DNA from: Vitrella brassicaformis CCMP3155
Taxonomy: Eukaryota > Protista > Chromerida
Length of the DNA stretch: 33,607 bases
Direction of reading: 5' to 3'
Assembly: GCA_001179505.1 (NCBI GenBank)
Contig: CDMY01000669.1
Span: 1 to 33,607, forward strand
Shown here one piece after another: positions 1-13,010 of the stretch. Both the position numbers and the translations under genes were made by a program. Numbering within the stretch: position 1 is the stretch's first letter; every line of letters begins with the position of its first letter. The notes under the pieces were generated by a model, which was not told the DNA's origin, ran no database searches, and was given only the letters and a program-made list of their open reading frames with translations.

Positions 1-98
1 ACACACGGACAGACGGCGCATGCACAACACAGCGGATGATGATGTCCCTGCTTGTCTCGATCGGATCAGTGTGTGTGTGCTTCGGTGTCCTCACTCAC

Positions 99-351
99 TG
101 TGGTGCCAGAAGAAGAGAAAGACAGTCAACAGCACCGAAGATCCGGCAACCAGCCCCGCAACCAAACCGTTGCCGGATTGCAGCTCGACTGCTCGGGCTT
201 CTCCAGACGTCGACTTGAAGTGCCCGTGGCCTGGCTTCTGTTCCAGAAGGGCCCTATAGGCCAGCTGCAGGTTGAGTGCCGGATCTGCCTCGGCCACCAG
301 GACAGATCCGGAGAGCAGCAGCGGCAGCATGAGCATCCAACCAAGGCCCAT
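99..351 (-). CDS. First coding exon of an unknown membrane or secreted protein; gene continues off the left edge
   Basis: ATG at 351 opens MGLGWMLMLPLLLSGSVLVAEA (signal-peptide-like), then DPALNLQLAYRALLEQKPGHGHFK and a second hydrophobic stretch GLVAGLVAGSSVLLTVFLFFW. Codons are GC3-rich and a GTGAGT donor follows base 99. No family recognised. Confidence 0.45.
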
Positions 352-435
352 GGCGACGGTGCGCTGCCGCCAACACGCCGGAGGGATTTTGAGCGGCGTC
401 TGCCCTTCTAAGCTCGCAGCTAAACGGTAAACAAC

Positions 436-2325
436 ATGAAGGACGACGCCCTCTCCGACACCCCATCGAGTGCCTTGACTGTGGTGCACACGGAGATGAC
501 ACAACAGGAGATAGCCAGCCATGAGCGGACCAAGCAACAGCTCATCGACGAGATCAGCAGACAGAGAGACGAGTACAAGCCTGGTACAAGCGGGAGAGAG
601 ATGAGTGGAAGCAGCGGTGTCAGCAGGCAGAGGCCGAATGCAGAGACTGGAAGCGGCGGTGCGAGGAGGTACACACAACCACACGAAAGATGACGGACAC
701 GTGTGCGGGGAACTGGTGTGTGGCCGTGCCTCTGCAGGCCGAGACGAAGCTGACGTACCAGTTGACGATGTGAAGTCAATCAATCAGGAACAAACAGATC
801 GCAGTGTGTGTCAGTTCAGGAAGCGGTCAAAGGCATGGAGCTGCAGTGCGCTAACTGTAGAACGGGTAGTCATTTAAGAAAAGAGTGTGTGACATTGTCG
901 GATTCTGTGTGTGGATGCGTGTGTGCAGGGAGGACGATTAAGGTCGAGTGCTTTATGGATCCTTACCTCAGCGTAAGCTGCGAAATCAGCAGCTTATATG
1001 TTTGTCGACGCCGTGCGCGCAGAATCTCACGGTGACGCCCGTGGACAATATGGATCCCGTTGCCCTACCGCCATCACTCGCCAGATTCGACCTGAAATGC
1101 GTATGATGGCCACGAAATGCGTATGAAATGCGTTGAGTCGGTTTGTGTCTTGTCATTCATCAGGTCTCAGCCATCGTCAAGAGCGAAGAGATCCTTCGCA
1201 ATGTCAGCCCTACCCAGATAGCACCCAATCTAAGAGAAGGGAATCTTGCGCACGTGACTGTGCATCAGTGTCCGGATTTCTATGCCCATGATGATGTGAG
1301 CAACTTCGTTGCTCTAGACGAAGTTGCTCTAGAGGTTGACTTGTCAAGTGAGACGAAGTACTTGTTTTCCCGCTTTGACAATTCCTTACTCACCGACAAA
1401 TTCTATACGTGCCTCAAAATACTCAGGTACGGACAATACAGTGGAAGACAGAAACAGTACATTTACTGGGACTGTGTGTGTGTGTGTGTGTGTTGTGAAT
1501 AGGATGAGTGCTGAGCTGCATGCGCGTAGACCAGCGAGTGCTGATGTAAATACGCGTACACGCACTCGGAGCGGTGGCGAGTGTTCTGTAATGTGATTTA
1601 CTTCTGTATGTCAGTCATTTTCGTACCTAGAGCGATTTAATCCTAGTGGACGGCCTGCTGCCCTGTGTTGTACTGAACAGGCGTGTAACACATGTGCACT
1701 TTTCTCGTGAGATACATGCCGACGCTGCACATAGGCGGGATGTTGTGTTATATCAGAGTTAGGTCATTTTCCATATGCGTTCCTCCATATGTGTTTCTAC
1801 GCCAGCTCTCACAAATGCACCAGTATCGGAGACAAGTATTGCTCGTGTCACCCTGCGTCTGTCAGCTCCTCCTCCGCTCTCTGTCTGTGTCTCCCTGTGG
1901 GACAGGTTCGCCGATCGGCAGCATTGCCCACCCCTATGAGTGCTGCCACCCATCCCTCACCCTGCAAGACGCCGCCGTGAGTAATGCATGAGACACGCAG
2001 CACAGCACACCACAGCACAGCACGACAGAAATCGCGTTTGTTTATGTGTGTGTGTGCAGGGCCAGTACACGCTGAGGCTCCGCTCGCCCTGCTTCATGTG
2101 CACGAAGAGGAGCCCATATTGCTGCCAAAAGATCAACTACAGACTGGAAGATGCCAACACGGGGGACTCTGTGGCACATCTCGTCCACGGGGGCCATCGG
2201 CCTCTTCGTGTGTGCTGAGGATCAGGTGTCTGCAGGGCATGGACATGGCTGTGGCGTGGCAGTGCTGCCCGAAGCACATGGGGGGCCGCCGGTGGTGCTG
2301 CAGCTCGAGGCCAAGCTGTGAGTGA
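436..2325 (+). CDS. Phospholipid scramblase-like (PLSCR / Tubby-C-like fold) protein, multi-exon; 3' end uncertain (2218 or 2325)
   Basis: Exons 1906-1976 and 2060 onward join in phase to GSPIGSIAHPYECCHPSLTLQDAAGQYTLRLRSPCFMCTKRSPYCCQKINYRLEDANTGDSVAHL. This parallels PLSCR1 [60 protein letters not shown] as recalled. ATG 436 (MKDDALSDTPSS) and a protein-like exon at about 1163-1427 are assigned to the same gene by inference. Confidence 0.6.
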
Positions 2326-2869
2326 TGGGTCACTAGCTACTGTGACCAAGGGAGTAGAGAGATGTGGAAGGCACAGACTCTGAGGCGATGCGATGGGGTG
2401 TGGGACATCGCGTACGTCCATCGGATCTGTGTTTGTCGATCGACCGCCGAGAAAACAGTTCAGTACAGACGGCCAACCTGTCGTCAGTGTGTTCCCTAAC
2501 GCGTCTGTGTACTGTCCCTATGCAATGCAATGCCCCCGCCCCCCACCCAATGAACACTCTGTCGATTTGTTATCCTTTGGACCGCCACTGTGACACCCAC
2601 GCCACGCACAGACAGATAAATGAATGCATCGACCGTCCATCTGGGCACACTGCACGCGACACGCACATCCACGATGGATGGATGGAGCAAGGCCCAAATC
2701 ACACACACACACATACAGAATAGTACCCACATCATATGTGTCACTCACGGTTGAAAGCCTCTTTTGTATCGATCTCCTTTGCCTAAAGTACATCCGTCCA
2801 CAATCATGCCTACTTCTTGCACACCCACAAACTCCGCTAGCCTGATGCGTGCCAGCCCGTCGCTGTCCG

Positions 2870-5737
2870 TCAGACCCCGCCACTACCCGCCGCGTCCTGC
2901 CTGGCCTCCATGACGACCGCGTCGATGTCGAGCCCCAGCGACAGCATGTCGGCCTCGTCGTAGAGAGGCTCCTCATAGAGCTGCAACTCCTCTTCTTCGG
3001 CCTCCTCCATTTGTTGCCGCTGCGTGGGCGACATGATATCTGACCTCTCGCTTCCGACGTGGGGACCCACCCTGACGGGTCCATCCTCCGGAATCTCGTC
3101 ATCTCCCCCCACTGAGCTGGCCGGGGCGGCGACACTGGGCTGGTCGTTGGTCGCCAGGAACGGCAGCCGCGGCTGCTCGGGGTGCAACCCCGAGAAAGGC
3201 CTCTGATCATTGTTCTGGTTCGCACCAGCCCCATGCTCGTCGATGGGCTCCATCCTGATTGATGCACACGTGTATGTCTCTGTGTCTCTGTGTCTCTGTG
3301 TCTCTCTTTTCCGTGCGGTACTTACTTGGTGCGCTGCTGCTGCTTCTGGTCGATGTGTCTCCGCTGGTCGGGTGGCGTCTGTCGGTTTCTTGGCGAGAGT
3401 GGGTTGACCCACCTTCCGACCCAGGATGCGGGCGACGCTGGCTCGGAGGTGGGGCCGCCCTCCTTGGGGGACGACCCGGGCGACTTGCTTCCCTTCTTGG
3501 GCGAGTAGATGGTCGGGCTCTTGCCGCCAGTCCCCTTGGACATGTTCGACGTGGTTCTAAGGGACTGGAAGTGTTGCTGTTGATAGATGTGTGAGGAAAA
3601 GAAAAGACATATGCGTGGTGTGGCGTGGAAGGAGAGAGTGAGGGGGCAGGGCACCTTACCTTTTGCATGAGTCTGCTGATCTCCTCTTGGTATTCTTCCT
3701 CATCGATGTCGCTCTTGGCGCTGTCGCTAAATGCACGGTTACTGCCGCGGAAGGACAGGCGCCTGGTGAATGACACACGTACAGACAGACAGACAGACAG
3801 ATAGACAGGCAGATGAATGGATGCAACCATGACAGACAGACCTGCCTCTCCTCTCCAGTGAGTGACTGACCCGCTGGTCTTTGCGGTCCGTTCCTTTATG
3901 AACTTCCAATCGAGCTGGACCGACGTCTGCCTTTTGATCTTGTCGCCGTGCTTCTTTAGCGCCACCGTGTCCCTCAAGGCAGCCAAGTAGTCTTGTTGAG
4001 ATACCACCTGGACAAGGAATGGACAGGCATCAGTCAGTATTATTGACTGGATGCAATCAACATCCCTGTCTAGCATAGCATACCTCCATTTTGAGCATGA
4101 TAAGGCTGCTGCGGAGCTTGTAGATGTCGGCCTGGGGCAGCTCCTCCAGCTCGCGCATGATCTTCAGCTTTGACATCCGAGAGCACGCACGCCCAACCTG
4201 CAGTCCGAAGCCGTACACATATGACACAGCAAAAGAGCTGGTGGATCGGATCGTCGGCCAATGGCGTGGTGTGCAGCTGGCCGACGGACGATTCGGAGGT
4301 CGTATGCGAGTCCGAGCAGGTTCTCCTCAAAGACGCGCCGCAGCCGTGGGCTGTGCTCGGTGAAGAGGGGGAGTACGACGCCCACGAGCACCACGCTGAC
4401 GCAAACCGACACCGACACCAGAATGATCGTGGAAAATATCTGACAGACAGACAGACAGACAGAGACAGACATACCACACATTCGTGTCTGTGGCTGACAT
4501 GTGGCTTGCGCTGACATGTGAGTTTTCTTCTCTCTTCTCGATGAAATAGAAGCCGGCCGCCGCCAGCACGGACAGACTCAACATCATGGCCACATCCATC
4601 ACTGCGTGACACCACACACACACACACACACAGAAATGCACAACGGCAGGTGGGCCTCTCCCGTTCTCACCGTTGTTGAGAACGCTACGCCAGGGCCAGA
4701 AGAATATCTGGGATTGAGACACATGAATGAAAGGAGCCAAGAGAGAAACATAGGCACGGACGTCACAATGTGTGTTGGCACGTCTGTGTGCCGGCCCACG
4801 CACCTGCAAGCCTAGGAAAATCAGCAGGAGACAGATGGTGAGAAAGATTTGCAGATGGCCATCTGCAGCGACAATGAATGGGACATGACATTGACGCACA
4901 CCTGGGATCGGGATCGGGACCGTCAGGTGTGTACATTACCATTAGGCACGATCGCGGGCACCATAGCAAGCAGACAGTTGCGCAACAGCAGTATAGAGCC
5001 CCACCTGCACTCATGCAATGCAGCCAGACCAGGCAGCCAACCACAAAGTTACACATCCATTCATGCATTGTGAGAAGGTGTAAGTGTGTGTGTCCACCAG
5101 TAGACGTCCGGACGGAATCTGCAAACAAAATGAAAATGCCTGAGCGTGTTTGTGTTCGTTCGCTGTCACTCTATCTCCGTCTGTGTCCGTACCTGAAGAA
5201 CAGGAACCTGTATCGTGTTCTAAAGCCGGGCTCGTCGAAGTGGAAGGGGCTGATGTAGCTAATCCAGGCGAAATACACGAAAACTCCAATCTGTATGCAC
5301 ACAGCCAATCGAGCAACCAGCCGGCCGGCCACCATGTCCGTTTGTTTCCGTCTGCCAGCCACGTGTGCGCGGGTCGGCTTCCTTCCCCACTAACATGGAC
5401 GTACCACGTAGACGAGGAGTCCAAAGATGCCCAGCGGCAAGTAGGTGGTGGTCCACCGCTTCCCATAGCCTGTCTCTGGGTCGAAGCACGTTATCTCGGG
5501 GTGCTCGCGCACCGTATACCGACCGTTGGGATGCTCAAAGCACTGAAGGGAGGGAGGATGGGAGCCAGAGACACGTGAGTGGGACAATGTGTGTGTGTCA
5601 GAGACCTCGAGGGTGCGACAGACCTGGAATATGACGCACACGTTGCTGACAAAGGCAACTGGTGATGGAAACACACGCAAAAAAGCCATCCGTCGTTCTG
5701 TTTGTCTGTGTTTTTCCGTTCGCACGGCTTGGCTTAC

Positions 5738-5791
<54 letters not shown>

Positions 5792-8700
5792 GTGATTGGT
5801 TGCGAGATCACCTGTACTGAGTCCGCGTGAGTGTGTGCGTCCGTGCGTGTGTAGACTGACAAGGATGTTGATCATCATTCCGATGGTGTTGATGGTTTTG
5901 TCGAGCGACATGACGTCGGACCGGAGCCAGGCTTTCCAGTTCAGCACCGACTCGAAGTACTTGCCCGTGTTGATATGCCTCCGGGCTCTCTCGTCCTCTT
6001 TGGCAAAGGCCTTTTTCCGCTCAACCATAAGCTCGTCACGCGGCGGAGTGCCCTCGCGTATGAGGGGAATGCCGAAGACCTGCATGGGCTTGGGCCGCTT
6101 CTTGAGCTCACTGAGTGGTTCCCGCCCCACGACGGCGATGGATGCGCTTTTCTTCATCTTCATCTTCTTGGCAAAGTCGAACTGCGGGAGGCCCTCTGGC
6201 GTCTGTCTGTCGAACTTGAGACTCAGCCTTTTCCCACCCCCCTCCGATTTGACGGGCTTGAAGCTCAGGAATGGTGTCGGCGCAGCTTCCTGCACCAGAC
6301 CATAACGCTCCAACAGCGGCACTGATGAATGGAATGGAACAGCATGCAGCAACCGATCCACTGTGTGTCTGTGCCACAGAGTATGGATGCCTCTCTCTCT
6401 CTCTGTCCTTGACGTACGCATCATTCTGTACGCTCCTTGAGCGATGAGGAAGTTGAGGAGGAAGATGAGGGTGAGGAAGAGTGGCACGCTCAGCCGCAGT
6501 ATGTAGTCGGTCAAGGGGTCGTCACCAAAGACACAACCAGGCCGCAGAAACTGCACGTCCAGCACTGAGCAGATCAACACATGAGCAGAGGTCCGGCCCC
6601 CATTTGGCAGAACGTGTGTGCGGCATGGGCCTGTGTGCTGTGCTGAGTGACCGAAGATGGTCGCCCAGTTGAACATCTCGCGGACGCGGCCCGGGAAGCC
6701 GATGTTAAAGGTGCCAACGATACTCAGACTTTGACCACAGACAGACATACAGACAGACAGACGAAGTTGGGCCGGCAGCTCAGTCCGCTTCCTTCCTCCC
6801 TACCTCTGCATGAAGTTGATGATCATGCCTGAGCGAGACACACACAGGTGACATGTGTGTGGTGTCTCCGCACGCGGACAGATCGACCGCCGAGGCCTCA
6901 GACATACCCATAGTGAGGGAGATGTTGAGTGTGACGGCCATGCGGCGAGTGATCGGGGAGTTCACCTGATGATCAGAGAGACAGACCCTCGCATCACGTC
7001 ATCCACTTGGCACATTCGTGCAGCTGCGAGTGTCTACGAAGAAGTGGAAAAAGAGCCCAAAGAAGAGGAGGAGGACGAGAACGAGCCAAAAGATGACCGT
7101 TGATGAGGTGCCGCTCCGAGCGCAGGGTTTGCACACACCGCCCGTCTTGTAGTACTCGTCACCGCACAGTCTGATGGATAGACACAGAGACGGACAGCGA
7201 GCAGCTTAGCTTAGATGTGTGTACATACATACATACATCCGTCCCTCCCAGCTGGCTGACTTACGAGCAGGAGACAGTTTTGCTGTCCCTTCCCTCGGCG
7301 CACATGGGGAAGTCGTCCTGAAGGGCTGGATCAAGGCTGCCCCCTGCGCGCACACACCGATGCGCCAGTGTCTGTGTGTCTCATGTGCGGGTCTCACCGA
7401 GGCATGCGCCCTCATCCCGGCAGCGGAAGACGGATGGCGCATCGAATGTGAGGTTGTAGTCGTCGCCGAGGACGAAGGCGAAGTAGTTGACCTCGAGGCG
7501 CGGCAAGGCGTGGCCTTCTTCCATGTCCACTCTGGCGCACACGAGACCCTCGTAGTCACCGCAAGCTGCACCCGTCCACCCACCATGTGTGTATGTCATG
7601 TCTTCGTCTCCATACATGTGTATGTCATGTCTTCGTCTCCATAAATGTTACTTACTGTCTTCCTTACTTCTGCATCTGTCGTGCTTGTAGTCCAGGTATG
7701 ATCCCGTGGGGCATGTGCAGGCTGACGCGCTGATCTCGCCCCTGCTGAATGTGGTCTTGGTCTCGTTGCATGGCTGGCAGCTCGTGGCCTTCACAACACG
7801 TACATACACACGCGCATGTGCAAAGACACACTCCTGCGGTCTGTCCGTTGTCCGTCGGGCGATGTCTTGTACGTACATTGCGGTATGGATTGAAGCTCCC
7901 CACTTCACATTGCTCGCACGTCTGCGCCCCTATTGTGTCCGAGTATGTGCCCGGCGTACACGTGAGGCAGGAAGACTGCCCCTTCAAGTCCTGATACGAA
8001 CCAGGACTGCAAGACAGACAGACAGACAGACAGGGACGGAGGGAGGGAGGGAAGGAGGGTCGGAGGCGGGGACGAAGGGAGGAAGCATCAGACGACTTGT
8101 TGCCGGGTTGTGTGTTCGATCGTCTTTATGGCTTCCTTGCCTGCATTGCGTACAGATCGCTGCGCCTTCATCCGAGTACGTCCCTGCCTGATATATGAAG
8201 AAGGAGCAACGTATAAATGAATAAAGAGGCAAGATTAAGGCAGACTTCGATGCGCTGACCTCACAGTTTTTGCAGCTGGTAGAGGCGGTCTCGTTTGCGT
8301 ATTGTCCCGGTTGGCACAGCTGGCAGAGCCTCTCGTCTTTGGCATTACTGAATGAACCCGGCAGACAGTCTTGACAGTTGCCCTGACCCGACAACACAAT
8401 CCTGGACGAATGGATCCATTCACTGTTCCAGTGTGCAAGAGCCTCACGGACGTTTGAGTCGATGTATTGCCCCTCTAGACATGGGTTTGGGCGGTCGGGG
8501 GGACGGAATCCCGACTTGTTGGCGGGGAAAAAAGTGGTGCCGTCGTTCCACTGGAAAAAGCTGTCGTTGTTCCACGCGAAGCCGTTGTGGGTCGACCAGC
8601 TTCCCAACACGACTTGCTGATCGGTCCGCTGCACACATTAGCAAGGAGACAGATAGGAATGAGCGGGTGAGAAATGAGAGAAAGACAGCCAGACAGACAT

Positions 8701-11204
8701 ACATACACACACACACACACTTGATCCGCCCTGACTGACTCTGATTTGTTTGATGTCGAAGAGGCCGTCGCGGTCGCCGCTACCATTCAGAAAGCTGACA
8801 TAGCCGGTCGTCCCTTGAAAGGGCTGCACACCACACCACACCACACCACTCAGCGCCATGCGATGGATGTCCAATCACTCTGTGCTTGACTGACCACGGA
8901 GACGCTGTAGTTATAAAGGAAGTTGGCCACCGTTTCGTTGGCTTCATAGAGATCCGTCTCATTCCCACCTTCCTCTTCCAGCCATTCGTGAAACATATAT
9001 GCGTATTGCCTGGCAAATGTACACAGCCACTCACCCACTCAACCACGAACATAAAGGACTGCCGCGTGCGGATTTCTGACTGACTGACTGACCAGAGCCC
9101 GTCGTAGAGGTAGCTGGCCGCCCAGTGACAACCGTCGCTCGTGGTGTCACAAAGGTCGTGATAGATTTCCTGGATCTGAAAATCAAATTTGGAGTGCGCA
9201 CTTCCACACGTGGACACAAAAAGGGAATTCTTCTCTTGGCTCAGCTTGTAGTGCTTTACCTCGTCAAGTGTTCGGTTGGCGAGGTCGTGTTTCTCAGAGC
9301 CAGATTGGAATCCAGCAACAGACAGGCCAATAGAGTTGTTCGCGGCCTGCGACACACCACACCACACCATACCATACCATACCACACCACACCACACACC
9401 ATGCATCCTCCACGCCGCTGCCCGGAGGGCTGAGACTCACTTCGAGGAGTTCATCCGCATTGCATTCGGTCAAGTTGCTCTGGTCTGCAATGCGGATCCA
9501 GTCACCCGGCCACCTGCACATACCAGCCAACCACTTTGAAGTATGTGTGAGCTTCGAGCCACTTACTGCCTCCTTCCTGACATACCACATGGTTGGCGAG
9601 ATGAAGTAAAAGCTGCTGTTGCGCCCATACATGCCTGCCCGGTGCATGGCGCTGAAACGATCCAGCCATGCAATGCATGTCACACTGAAGGTCTTGGTAT
9701 GGAGCAGGTACGGTACGCACCAAAAGATTTGCGATGAGTGGTCTTCGAAGGCCGAAATGACCACGACATGCACCCGCAGACCAGGCAGCTGACTTACGAT
9801 GTCGTCAGCGACCTCTTCCGTCGGGCCCTGCAGACATGCATTCACAAACGGACGGATGCACCCACGCGGTTGCTGGGTGCATCCAGGTGACATACCGCCA
9901 TGACGAAGGTCTCGATTTCTTCGTAGTTGGAGTTGATCCTTCCCATCTCTCTTTTGATTCCATCCGCGTACTCGATGCAGAGACCCACATTCTGACCGAT
10001 GCAATCAATTCTGATCGCTGCCGGCATCCTACTGACTGCAAGCTTCACCTGGACAATGTACGCCAAACGAACGAACTCAAGCTCCTTTAGCAGCTCTCCA
10101 ACCGCTTGAACCAGCTGAAAAGGAAAGGAATAAGCGATCCAAAAAGGTCGTCAGTAAGCAAGTTCTGCACCGAGCGTCATTCATCATTCATGTGAGCAGC
10201 TGATTGGCTGACCTGTTCGGCTGCGGTGGGCACGGTGCGTGTGAAGTATGGGTAGACGGTTCGGTCGCTCAGCACACCGGATGTGCAGAAGGCGGCCTTG
10301 GTCAGCAGGTTGTACACCTGGGCGATGGGAGCCTCTGTCAAGCACGCCGGACTGCGTGACAGAGAGTCACACGGTCAGGCGATGTCTCGTGCCGTGTCAG
10401 GTCTTGTCATCCCTCCTGTCTGCCCCACGCACGTGCAGCAGTCGCCGATGATGCCCACAATTGGAGGCCTGCATGAACGTACGTATATACATCAAAAGAC
10501 GCAGTCAATCCATTCGTGTGTGGGAGCTGACCCGGGGTTTGTAGGGTCTGATCCATTCTTGAGCGCCTCGGCAGTCACGAGCGCGCCGATCACTGACACC
10601 CACCAGCCAACCAATGAATAGCGAACAAACGATTTGACTTGTAGTGTACCGTCGTTGCATTCTGAGTCGACGATGAGCATGTCAAGGTCGTGGTTCGGCA
10701 GCACATCAGTTCGGTTGTTGATGTCCTCCAGAGCTACAAAACATATCCAAAACACGCACGTACGTATCCACACACGCGCGAGCAGCCACACAGAAAGGAA
10801 AAACCACTGTGCTTCATCATGCAGGCCTGCAATGGCGCATATACCGTGCAGAAGAAGGGGCTCCGATTTCCTTCAAACAAGCACACAGACAACGGATCGG
10901 AATGAGTGGCGTCTTTATCTGCCCTGGCTGCCTGGTTGAGCCGCGTTTTTCCCCACCCCATGATGTTGCCGATCTTGGGGCTCCTTGAGCACACCGAGAG
11001 CAACGTCAGGTTAGCCTTCTGTCCGGCCACAAGGCGATTGGAAAGAACAAGACAGAGGACCAACAGAAACGATGACCACACAGGGGCGACCACTGCCCGT
11101 GCGAATGAGGGTGAACGCTGAGGACGCCTTTCTCTGCAGGCGAGGCTTCCACCCCGGACGCTGAAACAATCTGCATGCGGCTCCTGTCGATAGAATTGCC
11201 TCAT
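2870..11204 (-). CDS. Large receptor-like membrane protein: signal peptide, Venus-flytrap (ANF-receptor / PBP1) ligand-binding domain, GCC2/GCC3-type Cys-rich repeats, multi-pass TM domain, SP-rich and acidic tail; many exons
   Basis: ANF-receptor hallmarks are ALEDINNRTDVLPNHDL, IVGIIGDCC, LSDRTVYPYFTRTVPTAAEQ, ASYLYDGLW and FQGTTGYVSFLNGSGDRDG. Cys repeats include CQDCLPGSFSNAKDERLCQLCQPGQY and CLTCTPGTYSDTIGAQTCEQCEVGSF. TM module includes LQCFEHPNG...EITCF, LPLGIFGLLVYVV, FRTRYRFLFFRY and FWPW. Stop at 2870-2872. The start Met is tentative. Confidence 0.88.
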
Positions 11205-11329
11205 TTGTCGGATTCACGCGTCCCGAAGATAGCCTTCTGCTTCCGGTCACACACTGCCCGCTCTTGACCGGGGGCCAGGTGGGGGCCAGCTCGCACCTCA
11301 GAACCCGTGCACCGAGACCGAAGGGAGGA

Positions 11330-12976
11330 ATGGACCTGCAGTACGACATCGAAACCCCCGTCGGGCATAACAGCGAGAGCTGCAGACGCGAGCCCACCCA
11401 GGCCTTCAGTAACGAAACAAAAGCTTCTGTCCGTTTCAGCAAGTGTGTTGCGCAATCACTGTGATCAGGCTTCTCCGACTCATATGTTCATGCGGCGCGA
11501 CCCAATGTGTACGGCAACGACCGTTTGTTTAGCAACGACGGAAGCGAGTCGTCGGACTCCTCCGGCATCGAGATGCCCGGGACAGCGGCACCCCCCTTCG
11601 GGCGTTCAAACTTTCTGCCGCCGATTCGCGAGTCTCGAGCATTCATCGAAGCGTCTGCGGTGCGAAAGCAGCTTGCTTCCCTTGCTCGAGAGAACCGTAC
11701 GGATGACGAAGCCACACGGCACATGGTGATCGGGGATCTGTTCAGCCCTCAGCCCTCCATGGCCGTCGGCCATGAGCGCAGTGGCAGACGGACTTCAGCG
11801 GTGGAAAAATTGATGAGGAGAGGCGAAACTCACATGTCTGACACGATGGCCTTCCCTGCAGTTGTGGGGGTGTTGTCGAGGGAAAACACAGGCCCGCTGT
11901 CGCGGATGTTCACAAGTGTCAGAAGGGCCGACAGCGACGGTGCTCTCGAATGGGGGCATGCACTAGACGATGAGGGGACAGCGGAGACCACGCCGGAACA
12001 GAAGGGGTCACACTGGCCAGCGGCTCCCCAAGAGTCCGCGTTCGGCACGCCACATATGGTATGCCTCTCTCTGTCTCTGTCTCTCTCTCTCTCTGGTGAA
12101 GGAGAATATGCATAGCTTACAAAGTGTGTGTGTCTGTGTGTGTGTGCGTATTGGCTGTTCTGACTTTGCAGCAGCCGGCTCAGGTCAATGTGGTTCAGGC
12201 GGCCTTCGGTGTACCCAGGAACATCACCAGCCGCCGTCAATCCGACGCAAGCGTCCTGCAGATGCAGATGATAAAGCGGTCGCCAGAGCAGCAGAAAACA
12301 TCGCCACCCACACAGAACCAGCAGCAGGGCCAGCAGCAGAAAGAGAGGAAAAGCAAAAACAAGAGGAAGGTCCCACTGGAGCTGCTGCTAGGTTCGCCGG
12401 CGACCACGAGCAGCCACAGCGTCCGGCGCAGAAAGGAGGGGCGGCGAGGATCGCATGCCACGCTCATGACGGGGGAGGACCTGCAGATGGTGCCCGTCAT
12501 GCTGACACCGCAGCAGCAGCCAGCCCCACCAGCAATGACATTTGGTACGACCTTTGTCATGTCCATGCACGCACACGGCCGACATCTGTGTCATTCGTTA
12601 GGTAATCCTGCGGCGATGGGTTCGCTGGCCTTTTCGTTGTCTGTCGCGCTGAATTCCAGTCTGTCGGCTGGCTGGATAGAGGTTGGGAAGAACGCACGCG
12701 GGATGGTGGCGTCATTCACTCTCTGCCACTCGGGGATGGGACAGCTCCTCACCGGCATGTGGATGGTACGCTACAAATGCACGCAGGCAGATGTGTGTCA
12801 AACAAACTGTGGGTATCTGGGGGATGTCTGTCCGCAGTTTGCGCGTGGCAATGGATTTGGTGGTGTCGTCCAGTCTTCGTACGGGCTCCGGAATATCAGT
12901 CTGGGGCTCTACCTCATTCTCGAGTCTCAAATCTCAGAAACAGATGCATCAATCGCCACCGAAGGTAGCTAGTCGG

Positions 12977-13010
<34 letters not shown>

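Noticed and set aside
2518-3267. 249-aa ORF and many other overlapping ORF-track calls
   Set aside because: These are off-frame or antisense shadows of GC-rich exons and microsatellite introns (VCVCV, THTHT, ERERE runs). The frame ending at 2870 is the protein-like one.
7589-7645. 29-nt tandem duplication
   Set aside because: Intronic slippage-type repeat with no evident function.
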